A stretch of DNA of 64,000 nucleotides from Escherichia coli (lineage in GTDB: Bacteria > Pseudomonadota > Gammaproteobacteria > Enterobacterales > Enterobacteriaceae), in the NCBI RefSeq assembly GCF_003334405.1, contig NZ_QOWM01000014.1. The stretch is one strand, 5' to 3'. Numbering within the stretch: position 1 is the stretch's first letter; each line of letters starts with the position of its first letter. This document shows positions 16,384-27,450 of this stretch, in pieces. Position numbers and translations under genes: made by a program. Under the pieces are notes generated by a model. That model saw only the letters and a program-made list of their open reading frames with translations, ran no database searches and was not told the DNA's origin.

Positions 16384-17811
16384 CTAGCGCGACTGCTGAT
16401 TATATTCATCATCGCGTTGATAAGCTTCATCATTCGGCTGCTCCGGAACCGACCGAAGTCGATACTCTTCATCCTGGCTCACCGCCTGTTCAGCCAAATC
16501 CGGATTAATCTCGCGTTTAATTTCTACTCCTAAACCGCGAAACGCTTCTGCCTGCGCCAGCACATTTCCGCGCCCTGAAGAGAGTTTTTTCATTGCCTGC
16601 CGATAATTATCCTGCGCTTTGTCGAGACTTTGACCAATCGCGGACATGTCATCGATGAACAAACGCATCTTGTCGTACAGCTTGCTGGCACGATCGGCGA
16701 TTTGCTGGGCGTTGCGGCTTTGATGCTCATAACGCCACAGGTTGGCGATAGTGCGCAGCGCCACCAGCAGCGTAGTCGGGCTAACCAGCATGATGTTGTT
16801 TTTCAACGCTTCGGTGATCAGCTCCGGCTGGCGGTCAAGCGCCAGTAAAAAAGCGGGTTCAACGGGAATAAACATCAGCACGTAATCCAGAGTTCGCAGC
16901 CCCGGCAGCTGTTGATAATCTTTGCGTCCCAGCAAACGGATATGGTTACGCACCGACGCGATATGTTCCTGTAGCGCGCTTTCGCGGGTGTAGTCGTCTT
17001 CGGCGTTAAAATAGCGTTCATAGGCGACCAGCGTCATTTTGGCGTCGATCACCACATCTTTTCCCTGCGGCAGGCGCACGATGACATCCGGCTGCATCCG
17101 CGAGCGGGCGTCATTTTCGATGCTGACCTGGGTTTCATATTCATACCCTTCACGCAGACCGGAAGCCTCCAGCACCCGCGTCAATACTACCTCGCCCCAG
17201 TTGCCCTGGGTTTTATTGTCGCCTTTCAGCGCGCGCGTCAGGTTGATCGCTTCCTGGGCCATTTGCGCGTTGAGTTGCTGGAGATTGCGAATTTCGTGGG
17301 TCAGGGTATGGCGTTCTTGTGCTTCTTTACCGAAGCTGTCCTGAACCTGACGGCGGAAACCGTCCAGTTGTTCACGTAGCGGCGACAACAGGCTGTTCAG
17401 ACTCTGACGGTTTTGCTCATCAACCCGGCGATTGCTGTGCTCAAAAATACGGTTGGCGAGGTTTTCAAACTGCTCACTGAGGCGCTGCTCGCTGTTAATC
17501 ATCTGGCGAATTTTATCGTCAGCATGTTGCTGTGCGGCTTCCATCCGCGTGGTTACTTCACGCAGATCGGCCTCCAGAGAGGTGTTAATACTTTGCAGGC
17601 TGCGCACTTCGTTATTGAGTAACTCGCACTCTGCACGCCAGTGCTCGCTTTGGGTAATTTGTTGTTTTGCCGCGCTTAACTCCGCGACCATCTCTTCACG
17701 TTCAGCTAATTGCTCGGCTTTTTGCTGCGCATGTTGATAACTGGCAAACAGCCAGCCAATTGCCACACCCACCAACGCAATAACTGCGTAAACCATGATT
17801 GAGAAATCCAC
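16384..17811 (-). CDS. rmuC: DNA recombination protein RmuC
   Basis: Track ORF 475 aa, N-terminal TM segment then long coiled-coil; recognised as RmuC (YigN). Confidence 0.92.
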   Translation of the reverse strand: MDFSIMVYAVIALVGVAIGWLFASYQHAQQKAEQLAEREEMVAELSAAKQQITQSEHWRAECELLNNEVRSLQSINTSLEADLREVTTRMEAAQQHADDKIRQMINSEQRLSEQFENLANRIFEHSNRRVDEQNRQSLNSLLSPLREQLDGFRRQVQDSFGKEAQERHTLTHEIRNLQQLNAQMAQEAINLTRALKGDNKTQGNWGEVVLTRVLEASGLREGYEYETQVSIENDARSRMQPDVIVRLPQGKDVVIDAKMTLVAYERYFNAEDDYTRESALQEHIASVRNHIRLLGRKDYQQLPGLRTLDYVLMFIPVEPAFLLALDRQPELITEALKNNIMLVSPTTLLVALRTIANLWRYEHQSRNAQQIADRASKLYDKMRLFIDDMSAIGQSLDKAQDNYRQAMKKLSSGRGNVLAQAEAFRGLGVEIKREINPDLAEQAVSQDEEYRLRSVPEQPNDEAYQRDDEYNQQSR

Positions 17812-17902
17812 AACGCCTCCTGACGCAACAACTTACCCGCACAAAATAGAATTGTGCTGTACAAACGTCCAGTTGGAAAGGCATTTCCTGCGAGGCGCTA
17901 CG

Positions 17903-17932
17903 CAAAAATACAAAAGGCCGAACGCGTCGGCC
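17903..17932 (-). terminator. Rho-independent terminator of udp
   Basis: Minus strand: hairpin ggccgacgcgttcggcc followed by ttttgtattttt. Confidence 0.7.
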
Positions 17933-17951
17933 TTCAGACAGGAGAAGAGAA

Positions 17952-18713
17952 TTACAGCAGACGACGCGCCGCTTCCACCACGATTTTCACCGCATGGCTT
18001 TCGGTTTGTTTCATCGTCTCAGCATTCGGGATCTCTTGCTGGGTGCGGTTAACGATAACACCCGCTACCATACCGGCACGCAGGCCCTGACTTGCACACA
18101 TGGTCAGCAGGGTTGCAGATTCCATTTCATAGTTCATTACGCCCATCGCCTGCCACTCTTCCATAGAACCTTTAAAGTGACGAACTACGCGACCAGAGTA
18201 AGTATCGTAACGTTCCTGACCTGGGTAGAAGGTATCAGAAGAAGCTGTCACGCCAACGTGAGTTGTCGCGCCAATGGATTTCGCAGCTTCAACCAGCGCA
18301 GTCGTACATTCGAAATCAGCGACAGCCGGGAATTCCAGCGGTGCGAAGTGCAGGCTCGCGCCATCCAGACGGACAGACGCCGTGGTAACCAGGACATCAC
18401 CCACATTAATATGCGGCTGAATAGCGCCCGTTGTACCGATACGCAGGAAGGTGCGAATGCCCAGCTGTGCCAGCTCTTCAACAGCAATAGAGGTAGACGG
18501 GCCGCCGATACCGGTAGAGCAGACGATAACAGGTTTACCATCCAGCTCTGCACGCCAGGTAGTGAATTCGCGGTGAGATGCCAGCTTAACCGGCTTATCC
18601 ATCAGCGCGGCGATCTTTTCCACACGATCCGGGTCGCCAGGGACGATGGCAAGCGTAGCCCCTTGTAAATCGTTTTTAGTGAGGCCGAGATGAAAAACAT
18701 CAGACTTGGACAT
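17952..18713 (-). CDS. udp: Uridine phosphorylase
   Basis: Track ORF 255 aa trimmed to [28 protein letters not shown]... (253 aa). Confidence 0.95.
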   Translation of the reverse strand: MSKSDVFHLGLTKNDLQGATLAIVPGDPDRVEKIAALMDKPVKLASHREFTTWRAELDGKPVIVCSTGIGGPSTSIAVEELAQLGIRTFLRIGTTGAIQPHINVGDVLVTTASVRLDGASLHFAPLEFPAVADFECTTALVEAAKSIGATTHVGVTASSDTFYPGQERYDTYSGRVVRHFKGSMEEWQAMGVMNYEMESATLLTMCASQGLRAGMVAGVIVNRTQQEIPNAETMKQTESHAVKIVVEAARRLL

Positions 18714-18838
18714 ATACAACTCCTCTGTGAATCGGTTTAGTCAGAAGAAGCAAAAAGACACTTTACCGAAGGGTTTAACATTTTTTCGTGATACTCATCA
18801 CCATGACGCAAATGCGTTGCATAAATTTACCCACCAAA

Positions 18839-18854
18839 AGTGATGCAAATCACA
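18839..18854. promoter_or_regulatory. CRP-like site in udp promoter region (CytR/CRP-regulated)
   Basis: agtgatgcaaatcaca fits TGTGA-N6-TCACA in the udp upstream region; udp regulation by CRP/CytR is established. Confidence 0.45.
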
Positions 18855-18974
18855 TAAATCACCCTTCATTCTGCAGGACTGCATAAAAGATGAGCCGATT
18901 CAGGCAATGTGATTTGTTGCATGCTGACTATAGTTAACATTGCGCAACATTTTTATAAGGGTACGGAGAATACC

Positions 18975-19790
18975 ATGGCAACAACACAACAATCTGGATT
19001 TGCACCTGCTGCATCGCCTCTCGCTTCGACCATCGTTCAGACCCCGGACGACGCGATTGTGGCGGGCTTCACCTCTATCCCTTCACAAGGGGATAACATG
19101 CCTGCTTACCATGCCAGACCAAAGCAAAGCGATGGCCCACTGCCAGTGGTCATTGTAGTGCAGGAAATTTTTGGCGTGCATGAACATATCCGCGACATTT
19201 GTCGCCGTCTGGCGCTGGAGGGGTATCTGGCTATCGCACCTGAACTTTACTTCCGCGAAGGCGATCCGAATGATTTTGCCGATATCCCCACGTTGCTTAG
19301 CGGTCTGGTAGCAAAAGTGCCTGACTCGCAGGTGCTGGCCGATCTCGATCATGTCGCCAGTTGGGCTTCCCGCAACGGCGGCGATGTTCATCGTTTAATG
19401 ATCACCGGATTCTGCTGGGGTGGACGTATCACCTGGCTGTATGCCGCGCATAATCCACAGCTAAAAGCCGCAGTGGCGTGGTACGGCAAACTGACGGGCG
19501 ACAAGTCGCTGAATTCACCGAAACAACCTGTTGATATCGCAACCGATCTTAACGCGCCGATTCTCGGCTTATATGGTGGTCAGGATAACAGCATTCCGCA
19601 GGAGAGCGTTGAAACCATGCGCCAGGCGCTGCGGGCTGCTAATGCGAAAGCAGAGATTATCGTGTACCCGGACGCCGGGCATGCATTCAACGCTGATTAT
19701 CGCCCGAGCTATCATGCCGCATCTGCAGAAGATGGCTGGCAGCGTATGCTGGAATGGTTTAAGCAGTATGGTGGGAAGAAGTCGCTGTAA
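18975..19790 (+). CDS. ysgA: Dienelactone hydrolase-family protein (putative carboxymethylenebutenolidase)
   Basis: Track ORF 293 aa trimmed to [19 protein letters not shown]... (271 aa); ggag SD upstream of this ATG. Confidence 0.88.
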   Translation: MATTQQSGFAPAASPLASTIVQTPDDAIVAGFTSIPSQGDNMPAYHARPKQSDGPLPVVIVVQEIFGVHEHIRDICRRLALEGYLAIAPELYFREGDPNDFADIPTLLSGLVAKVPDSQVLADLDHVASWASRNGGDVHRLMITGFCWGGRITWLYAAHNPQLKAAVAWYGKLTGDKSLNSPKQPVDIATDLNAPILGLYGGQDNSIPQESVETMRQALRAANAKAEIIVYPDAGHAFNADYRPSYHAASAEDGWQRMLEWFKQYGGKKSL

Positions 19791-19800
19791 TGAGAAAAGA

Positions 19801-19830
19801 CCGGGTGGTATTACCACCCGGTTTGGATTT
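19801..19830. terminator. Bidirectional terminator hairpin between convergent ysgA and metE
   Basis: ccgggtggtattaccacccgg stem-loop flanked by A-run upstream and T-run downstream. Confidence 0.65.
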
Positions 19831-22091
19831 TACCCCCGACGCAAGTTCTGCGCCGCCTGCACCATGTTCGCCAGTGCCGCGCGGGTTTCTGGCCAGCCGC
19901 GCGTTTTCAGGCCACAGTCCGGGTTGACCCACAGGCGCTCTGCCGGAATGCGTTTTGCCGCTTTCTTCAGCAAGGCTTCAATCCATTCCACGCTCGGTAC
20001 GTTTGGCGAGTGAATGTCATAGACGCCAGGACCGATTTCATTTGGATAATCAAACTCTTCAAACGACTCCAGCAACTCCATGTCGGAACGCGAGGTTTCG
20101 ATGGTGATGACGTCTGCGTCCAGCGCCGCAATCGAATCCATGATGTCGTTGAACTCGCAATAACACATGTGAGTGTGGATTTGTGTGTCATCTTTCGCCA
20201 CGGCGGCGTTGATACGGAAGGCCTCTACGCCCCACTGGAGATACGCATCCCAGTCGCTACGACGCAGCGGTAAACCTTCGCGCAGCGCCGGTTCGTCAAT
20301 CTGGATGATGCCAATTCCAGCGGCTTCCAGATCGGCCACTTCATCACGCAGCGCCAGCGCAATCTGTTTGGCGATGGTTTCACGGCTGACATCTTCACGC
20401 GGGAACGACCAGCAGAGTATGGTCACCGGCCCCGTCAGCATCCCTTTCACCGGTTTGTCGGTCAGCGATTGCGCATACTTCGCCCACTCCACGGTAATCG
20501 GTGCCGGGCGGCTAATGTCACCAATGACAATCGGTGGCTTCACGCAGCGGGAACCGTAGCTCTGTACCCAACCGTTTTGCGTAAAGACAAATCCGTCGAG
20601 GTGCTCGCCAAAGTATTCCACCATGTCATTACGCTCGGCCTCGCCATGTACCAGCACATCCAGTCCCAAACGTTCCTGCTCAACAATGGCCTGCTTGATA
20701 TGTTCCGCAATGCCCGTGCGGTAGTTGTTGGCGTCGAGATTGCCCTTTTTGAAATCCAGACGCAGGGTACGAATTTCCGTGGTTTGCGGGAAGGAACCAA
20801 TCGTGGTGGTCGGCCACGCTGGCAGTTTAAAACGCGCACGCTGGGCTTCAGCACGCACTTCATAGACATTCGCACGCTGGCTGTCCTGGGCGGTGATCGC
20901 CGCCAGACGCTTTTCTACCGCCGGATTATGTACGCGGGTAGAGTGACGACGTGCCTGAATCGGGGCGCTCCACTCTGCCAGAGCTGCCGTGTCACCACTG
21001 TTCAGCGCATCGCGCAGCAGTGCCAGTTCATGGCATTTTTGTAGGGCGAAGGCAAACCAGCTTTTCACTTCTGCATCAAGACGCGTTTCCACGCTCAGGT
21101 CGATGGGGCTGTGCAGCAACGAGCAGGAAGATGCCACCCACAAATCACGTTTGCCGACAATGTCCTTAATTTGCGCATATTTCTCGGTAAGATCGGCGCG
21201 CCAGACGTTACGACCATTGATCAGACCCGCAGACAGCAACCAGTCAGAAGGCAGGCGCTTGTGCAGTTCAGCAACGTCATCTTTACCATGTACGAGGTCA
21301 ACATGCAGACCCTGAACAGGCAGCGCAGTAATCGTGTCGAGATTTGGCGTTACGCCTTCAAAATAGGTGGTCAGCAGCAGTTTCACCTGTCCCTGGAGCG
21401 CGTCGTAAGCGGGTTTGTATGCGTCCAGCCACGCCTGTGGTAGTTCCAGTACCAGCGCGGGTTCATCAATCTGTACCCACTCGATGCCGCGTTTCGCCAG
21501 TTCTGCCAGCACTTGCTGATAAACCGGCAGAATGTCGTTCAGCAGGCTCAGGCGGTCAAATTGTTCACCTTTCACTTTCCCCAGCCACAGCCAGGTAACC
21601 GGCCCCAGCAGCACAGGTTTCACCTTGTGGCCCAGCGCCAGCGCCTCGTCCACTTCGTCCAGCAGCTGCGTCCAGGTCAGTTTGAACTGTTGGCCTTTAA
21701 CGAACTCCGGCACCATGTAGTGATAGTTGGTGTTAAACCATTTGGTCATTTCCGCTGCCGCCGCAGGTTCGCCAGTCGGCGCACGTCCACGACCAATACG
21801 GAACAGGGTGTCGATATCTACCGAACCATCTTTGTTCTGATGACGCGCCGGAACGTTACCCAGCAGCAGACTGGTGGTCAGTACATGATCGTACCAGGCA
21901 AAATCGCCCACCGGCAGCAGGTCGATACCCGCTTGCTTTTGTTGATCCCAGTGACGAGCACGCAATTCACGCCCTACCGCCAGCAGTTCTTCACGCGTGG
22001 AGTTCCCCGCCCAATAACTTTCTTGCGCTTTTTTCAGCTCGCGACGCAGGCCAACGCGAGGGAAACCGAGGGTGTGATTCAATATTGTCAT
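19830..22091 (-). CDS. metE: Cobalamin-independent methionine synthase
   Basis: Track ORF 753 aa, [29 protein letters not shown]...; recognised as MetE. Confidence 0.96.
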
Positions 22092-22240
22092 TTTTTCTTC
22101 CTCTAATTATATGTAAATCCTATGGATTTTGAATTTAGGGAAGGCGGCAAGTTTATTCATCCCCGGGAGCTTACTGAAGTAAGTGACCGGGGTGGAGAAA
22201 CGCAGCCAACGCACCATAAATTTAAAAGACGAAGGATTTT

Positions 22241-22264
22241 AGCCGTCCAGATGTTTACACATCC
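22241..22264. promoter_or_regulatory. Tandem MetJ-box-like repeats in the metE/metR divergent control region
   Basis: agccgtcc-agatgttt-acacatcc: three 8-bp units resembling the AGACGTCT metbox consensus. Confidence 0.5.
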
Positions 22265-22327
22265 ATAATTGGCGGTTACTGTATATTCCTCAAGCGCAAA
22301 TTATTCATGCCGAAGTGAAGGACTTTC

Positions 22328-23281
22328 ATGATCGAAGTAAAACACCTGAAAACGCTACAAGCGTTGCGGAACTGCGGCTCGCTCGCAGCCGCTGCGGCGA
22401 CGTTGCATCAGACGCAATCCGCCCTGTCTCACCAGTTTAGCGATCTGGAACAACGCCTTGGCTTCCGGCTATTTGTGCGTAAGAGCCAGCCGCTACGCTT
22501 TACACCGCAGGGAGAAATCCTGTTGCAACTGGCAAACCAGGTACTGCCGCAAATTAGCCAGGCCCTGCAAGCCTGCAATGAACCGCAGCAGACGCGTCTG
22601 CGCATTGCCATTGAGTGCCATAGCTGTATTCAGTGGCTGACACCCGCGTTAGAAAATTTCCATAAGAACTGGCCGCAGGTAGAGATGGATTTTAAATCGG
22701 GCGTGACATTTGACCCGCAGCCCGCCTTGCAACAGGGAGAGCTGGATCTGGTAATGACGTCCGATATTCTGCCGCGCAGTGGCCTGCATTATTCGCCGAT
22801 GTTCGACTATGAAGTGCGTCTGGTGTTAGCACCTGACCATCCACTGGCGGCGAAAACGCGAATTACACCGGAAGATCTCGCCAGCGAGACGCTATTAATT
22901 TATCCGGTGCAGCGTAGTCGACTGGATGTCTGGCGGCATTTTCTTCAGCCGGCAGGCGTCAGCCCGTCACTGAAAAGCGTCGATAACACCTTATTGTTGA
23001 TTCAGATGGTTGCCGCGCGGATGGGTATTGCCGCGCTACCGCATTGGGTAGTAGAGAGTTTTGAGCGCCAGGGTCTGGTGGTGACCAAAACCCTGGGCGA
23101 AGGCTTGTGGAGCCGACTGTACGCCGCCGTGCGCGATGGCGAGCAGCGTCAGCCAGTTACGGAAGCGTTTATTCGCTCAGCGCGCAATCACGCCTGCGAT
23201 CATCTGCCGTTTGTGAAGAGCGCGGAGCGACCCACTTACGATGCACCCACAGTGAGGCCAGGATCACCAGCGCGCCTGTAA
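22328..23281 (+). CDS. metR: LysR-family transcriptional activator MetR
   Basis: Track ORF 317 aa, [37 protein letters not shown]... (HTH); recognised as MetR. Confidence 0.95.
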
Positions 23282-24068
23282 TAAACGTTGGCCAGTGCGG
23301 CTGTTGGTGCCAGATAGCCAGGTTTACCAGCAGCCCTGCCGGAACGTGCATATTATTCATAATGCCCAGCGTTCCGGCGTCCACCTGCGTCGCGCCGTAG
23401 TTCCACATAAAGTAGCCAATCCCGGAAGCCACCACGCCAAGAAACACCAGAATGCCCCATTGCAGCGTGGTTTGCGGCATTTTCTGCGCATTTCCCAGCA
23501 AGAACCATGCAATCACTGCCACCAGAAACGCGCCAAGATAGAACCACGCAAAGGCGTTATGCTGTGGCATCGGGCGAGTTTCCATCAGGCGTTTGTAACC
23601 CACCATGCCAATGGCAAAAGTGATATTGGAGAGTTGCACCAGCAGCAAGCCAGTCCAGAAATGGTCGGTGACCTGATCATAGCGAATAATCCCGGCACCA
23701 ATCACCGCCAGCAAGGCGCTAAAGGCATAGCCCCAGCGCAGACGGCGCTTACTCATGATGTCATAAATCAGCGTGATGTAGAGCGGCGTCAGCACGGTGA
23801 ACAGCAGCAGCTCGGAAACCGTCAGGTAGAGATAAGCGCGGAAACTCAGCATATACATCACGCCAAGCTGCATCGCGCCCACCAGCATATACAGGCCGAC
23901 CGTTTTCAGGCTATTGCCACGGGTACGCAGAAACGGCAGAAAAACGAGTGCCGCCAGGCCAACGCGCACCAGCACCGCAAAATAGCTATCGACGTGCCCC
24001 GCAAGGTACTCGCCATAAAAGCTAAAGGAGAAGGCCCACAGAATCGTGGTGATGATAAGTAGCGCCAC
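23169..24068 (-). CDS. yigM: DMT/EamA-family inner membrane transporter YigM (biotin transporter BioP)
   Basis: Track ORF 299 aa, polytopic; 3' end overlaps metR 3' end convergently. Confidence 0.9.
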
Positions 24069-24143
24069 AATGGAAAACTCTTTGATTAACGGGTATCCAT
24101 TGTAGCGAAGTATCAGGTTGACAACTGACCAAATAAAGAACGA

Positions 24144-24944
24144 TTACGATAAATAGAGTTTACGCAGATAATGCGGCACCGCGTCGTCGGCATTAGTACC
24201 AATCACTTCCAGCTCGGGATGAAGGTCTTTCAGACGCTGGTGCGCACTGCCCATAATGCAGCCTTTCCCCGCCATCGACAGCATTTCGGCGTCGTTCATC
24301 CCGTCACCAAACGCAATACAATCCTTCAGGCTGTAGCCCAGTTTCTTCGCCACCGCTTCCAGCGCATGGCCTTTTGAAACGCCGCCCGCCATCACTTCCA
24401 GACAGGTTAAGGTAGAGAAACTGACGTTGACGCGATCGCCCCAACGAGCGTTAATCGCCTGCTCCAGCGGCAGCAGTTGTTCATGGGAATCGCAGGTGAA
24501 GAACACTTTGCTGACGCCTTCCGGCTCCAGTAATCCAGGCTCATACAGCGCATATTGGAACACCGCTTCTTTAAAAAAGCGCATCTCTTCCGGGCGATGG
24601 CGATTCATAAACCATTCGTCGTCGCGATAAACGTTAGTAATGATGTCCGGATTGTCGTTGACTACGCCAAACAGATCGCTGGCAATGTCGCGATCCAGGT
24701 TATGAGCAAAAATCAGATTACCATCCAGATCGTGAACGCGCGCACCATTGGAGGTAATCATGTAAGACTTAATCTCCAGATTATCGCGAATTTGCCCCAC
24801 ATCAACGTGGTGACGACCGGTCGCAAACACAAAGTTGATGCCGCGCGCGGTGAGCAGCTTCAGAGTTTCTTTGGCGTAAGGGGATAACGTATGGTCGGGA
24901 GAAAGTAACGTGCCATCTAAATCAGACGCAACAACCTGGTACAT
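24144..24944 (-). CDS. yigL: HAD-family Cof-like sugar/pyridoxal phosphatase
   Basis: Track ORF 308 aa trimmed to MYQVVASDLDGTLLSPDH... (266 aa); DxDGT HAD motif. Confidence 0.9.
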   Translation of the reverse strand: MYQVVASDLDGTLLSPDHTLSPYAKETLKLLTARGINFVFATGRHHVDVGQIRDNLEIKSYMITSNGARVHDLDGNLIFAHNLDRDIASDLFGVVNDNPDIITNVYRDDEWFMNRHRPEEMRFFKEAVFQYALYEPGLLEPEGVSKVFFTCDSHEQLLPLEQAINARWGDRVNVSFSTLTCLEVMAGGVSKGHALEAVAKKLGYSLKDCIAFGDGMNDAEMLSMAGKGCIMGSAHQRLKDLHPELEVIGTNADDAVPHYLRKLYLS

Positions 24945-24951
24945 AAGAAAT

Positions 24952-25974
24952 TTAAACCTCTGTAGAGCGGTTTCCGCTGGGTGAGTTATGCCTGTTGAAA
25001 AAATCAACGATGGCGTGGAGCGCGACTGAGCGCATTGCGTCCTTTTCAAAAAGGATCTCATGGTAAGCACCTTTAATTACCAACGGCCGTCCTCCTTCGA
25101 CAGGATGGCCCGCGGCGGTGCGGAGTTCACAAAAACGGTCATGCATGCGGTTATCCACCACGCGTTCCTCTTCAGCCTGCAAGAGAAGCGTTGGCGTGGC
25201 GTCATCACCCGCACCGGCTAACACCTGTTCGCCAGCCAGAATACTTTCGCGTACCCAATGGTAGGTCGGCCCACCGACGCGAATCGTTGGGTCATCAGCA
25301 TAGAAGCGTAAGTTACGTCGATATCGCTGTCTGCTGTGGGTCAGTACGTTGATAGCAAACGGCAACGCGCGCCAGCGCCCGGTGCCTATTGCATAGCCAT
25401 CACGGAAACGTGGATGCGCTTCGGCCCAGTTGAGGATCTGCCGTGCCATAAATGACGGCATACGAATCACGATCCCAAACATTGGCGCAGTTAGCGCAAT
25501 GGCGTCACATACACCTGGATGGCGTTGCAGAAATAATGTGGAGATCGCACCGCCCATCGAATGTGCCAGTATATAGCGTTTACGCCACGGACCGGGCTGA
25601 ACCTCCTGCTGCCAGAATGCCGCCAGATCATCAACATAATCATTAAAGCGATTAACATGCCCGAGATGCGGATCGGCTAACAGGCGACCGGAACGTCCCT
25701 GCCCGCGATGGTCGATGATTAAGACATCAAACCCCAAATGGAACAGGTCATAGGCCAGTTCCGCATATTTTACGTAGCTCTCAATACGCCCCGGGCAGAT
25801 GACTACCACCCGGTCATGGTGCTGTGCGCGAAAACGGACAAAGCGCACCGGAATGTCATCCACACCAGTAAACTCTGCTTCATCACGCTGACGCCAGAAA
25901 TCAGTCAGCGGTCCCATGGTAAAAGCAGCAAACGCGTTTTCTCTTGTTTCCCAGTCTTTTTGCTGCTGAAACAT
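24952..25974 (-). CDS. pldB: Lysophospholipase L2
   Basis: Track ORF 340 aa, alpha/beta hydrolase with HSMGG; recognised as PldB. Confidence 0.93.
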   Translation of the reverse strand: MFQQQKDWETRENAFAAFTMGPLTDFWRQRDEAEFTGVDDIPVRFVRFRAQHHDRVVVICPGRIESYVKYAELAYDLFHLGFDVLIIDHRGQGRSGRLLADPHLGHVNRFNDYVDDLAAFWQQEVQPGPWRKRYILAHSMGGAISTLFLQRHPGVCDAIALTAPMFGIVIRMPSFMARQILNWAEAHPRFRDGYAIGTGRWRALPFAINVLTHSRQRYRRNLRFYADDPTIRVGGPTYHWVRESILAGEQVLAGAGDDATPTLLLQAEEERVVDNRMHDRFCELRTAAGHPVEGGRPLVIKGAYHEILFEKDAMRSVALHAIVDFFNRHNSPSGNRSTEV

Positions 25975-26084
25975 CGGGTAATCTGCCTCTTAAACCACGT
26001 AAAATCGTTTTTTTTAGCGTGCCTGACACAACGCTGCGACAGTAGCGTATTGTGGCACAAAAATAGACACACCGGGAGTTCATC

Positions 26085-26705
26085 ATGACCTTAGAATGGT
26101 GGTTTGCCTACCTGCTGACATCGATCATTTTAAGCCTGTCGCCAGGCTCTGGTGCAATCAACACTATGACCACCTCGCTCAACCACGGTTATCGCGGCGC
26201 GGTGGCGTCTATTGCTGGGCTTCAGACCGGACTGGCGATTCATATTGTGCTGGTTGGCGTGGGGTTGGGGACGCTATTTTCCCGCTCAGTGATTGCGTTT
26301 GAAGTGTTGAAGTGGGCAGGCGCGGCTTACTTGATTTGGCTGGGAATCCAGCAGTGGCGCGCCGCTGGTGCAATTGACCTTAAATCGCTGGCCTCTACTC
26401 AATCGCGTCGACATTTGTTCCAGCGCGCAGTTTTTGTGAATCTCACCAATCCCAAAAGTATTGTGTTTCTGGCGGCGCTATTTCCGCAATTCATCATGCC
26501 GCAACAGCCGCAACTGATGCAGTATATCGTGCTCGGCGTCACCACTATTGTGGTCGATATTATTGTGATGATCGGTTACGCCACCCTTGCTCAACGGATT
26601 GCTCTATGGATTAAAGGACCAAAGCAGATGAAGGCGCTGAATAAGATTTTCGGCTCGTTGTTTATGCTGGTGGGAGCGCTGTTAGCATCGGCGAGGCATG
26701 CGTGA
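26085..26705 (+). CDS. rhtB: Homoserine/homoserine lactone efflux protein (LysE family)
   Basis: Track ORF 206 aa, [27 protein letters not shown]...; recognised as RhtB. Confidence 0.93.
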
Positions 26706-26713
26706 AAAATAAT

Positions 26714-26750
26714 GTCGGATGCGGCGTAAACGCCTTATCCGACTTACTCT
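26714..26750. repeat. REP palindromic element
   Basis: gtcggatgcggcgtaaacgccttatccgac between convergent rhtB and rhtC. Confidence 0.8.
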
Positions 26751-26766
26751 GAAGACGCGTCTGGCA

Positions 26767-27387
26767 TCACCGCGAAATAATCAAATGAATGCCAAATCCG
26801 GCAAATAACGCCCCGGCAAAACCATCAATCCACTTCGCCAGACGTTGATAACCACGGCGCATTTGCGGCAGGGCAAACAGGCTGGCAACGACGGTAAACC
26901 ACGCCAGCGTTTCGACAATGATCAGCGCAAAAATGCCCCAGCGCGCGGTAGTGCCAACGTTATCACCGACAAACAATGAGAACACCGAGCCAAAGTAGAT
27001 AATCGCTTTCGGATTAGCGAGATTGGTCAGTAAACCTTTCAGGAAACTGCGCCCACTTTTCGCCAGCTCGACCTGTGGCGCAGGTGCAGAAACCGCCTCT
27101 TTTTTCAGTGCACCACGTAGCATCTGGTAACCCATCCAGCAGAGATACAGGCCACCGCCCACCATAATCAGCGTATGCAGCCAGGCCATTTTTTCGATAA
27201 TCAAATGCAGGCCAAGCAGCGCAATCCCAGCCCAAACCATTACGCCGCAGGTAATGCCCAGCACGCCCATCATCGCTTCTTTACGGGAACGACTGACAGC
27301 GGTCTGAGAGACAAAAAAGAAATCGGGACCGGGGCTCATAAGCGCCACAATGTGCACCATGGCGACGGTGAGAAATAACATCAACAT
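26767..27387 (-). CDS. rhtC: Threonine efflux protein (LysE family)
   Basis: Track ORF 206 aa, MLMLFLTVAMVHIVALMSPGPDFFFV...; paralog of rhtB. Confidence 0.93.
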   Translation of the reverse strand: MLMLFLTVAMVHIVALMSPGPDFFFVSQTAVSRSRKEAMMGVLGITCGVMVWAGIALLGLHLIIEKMAWLHTLIMVGGGLYLCWMGYQMLRGALKKEAVSAPAPQVELAKSGRSFLKGLLTNLANPKAIIYFGSVFSLFVGDNVGTTARWGIFALIIVETLAWFTVVASLFALPQMRRGYQRLAKWIDGFAGALFAGFGIHLIISR

Positions 27388-27450
27388 ACATTTGACTCGC
27401 GGGGGAAACGTTTACGGAGTCTTCATACTGGCACTTTTTTATGCTGCTGA

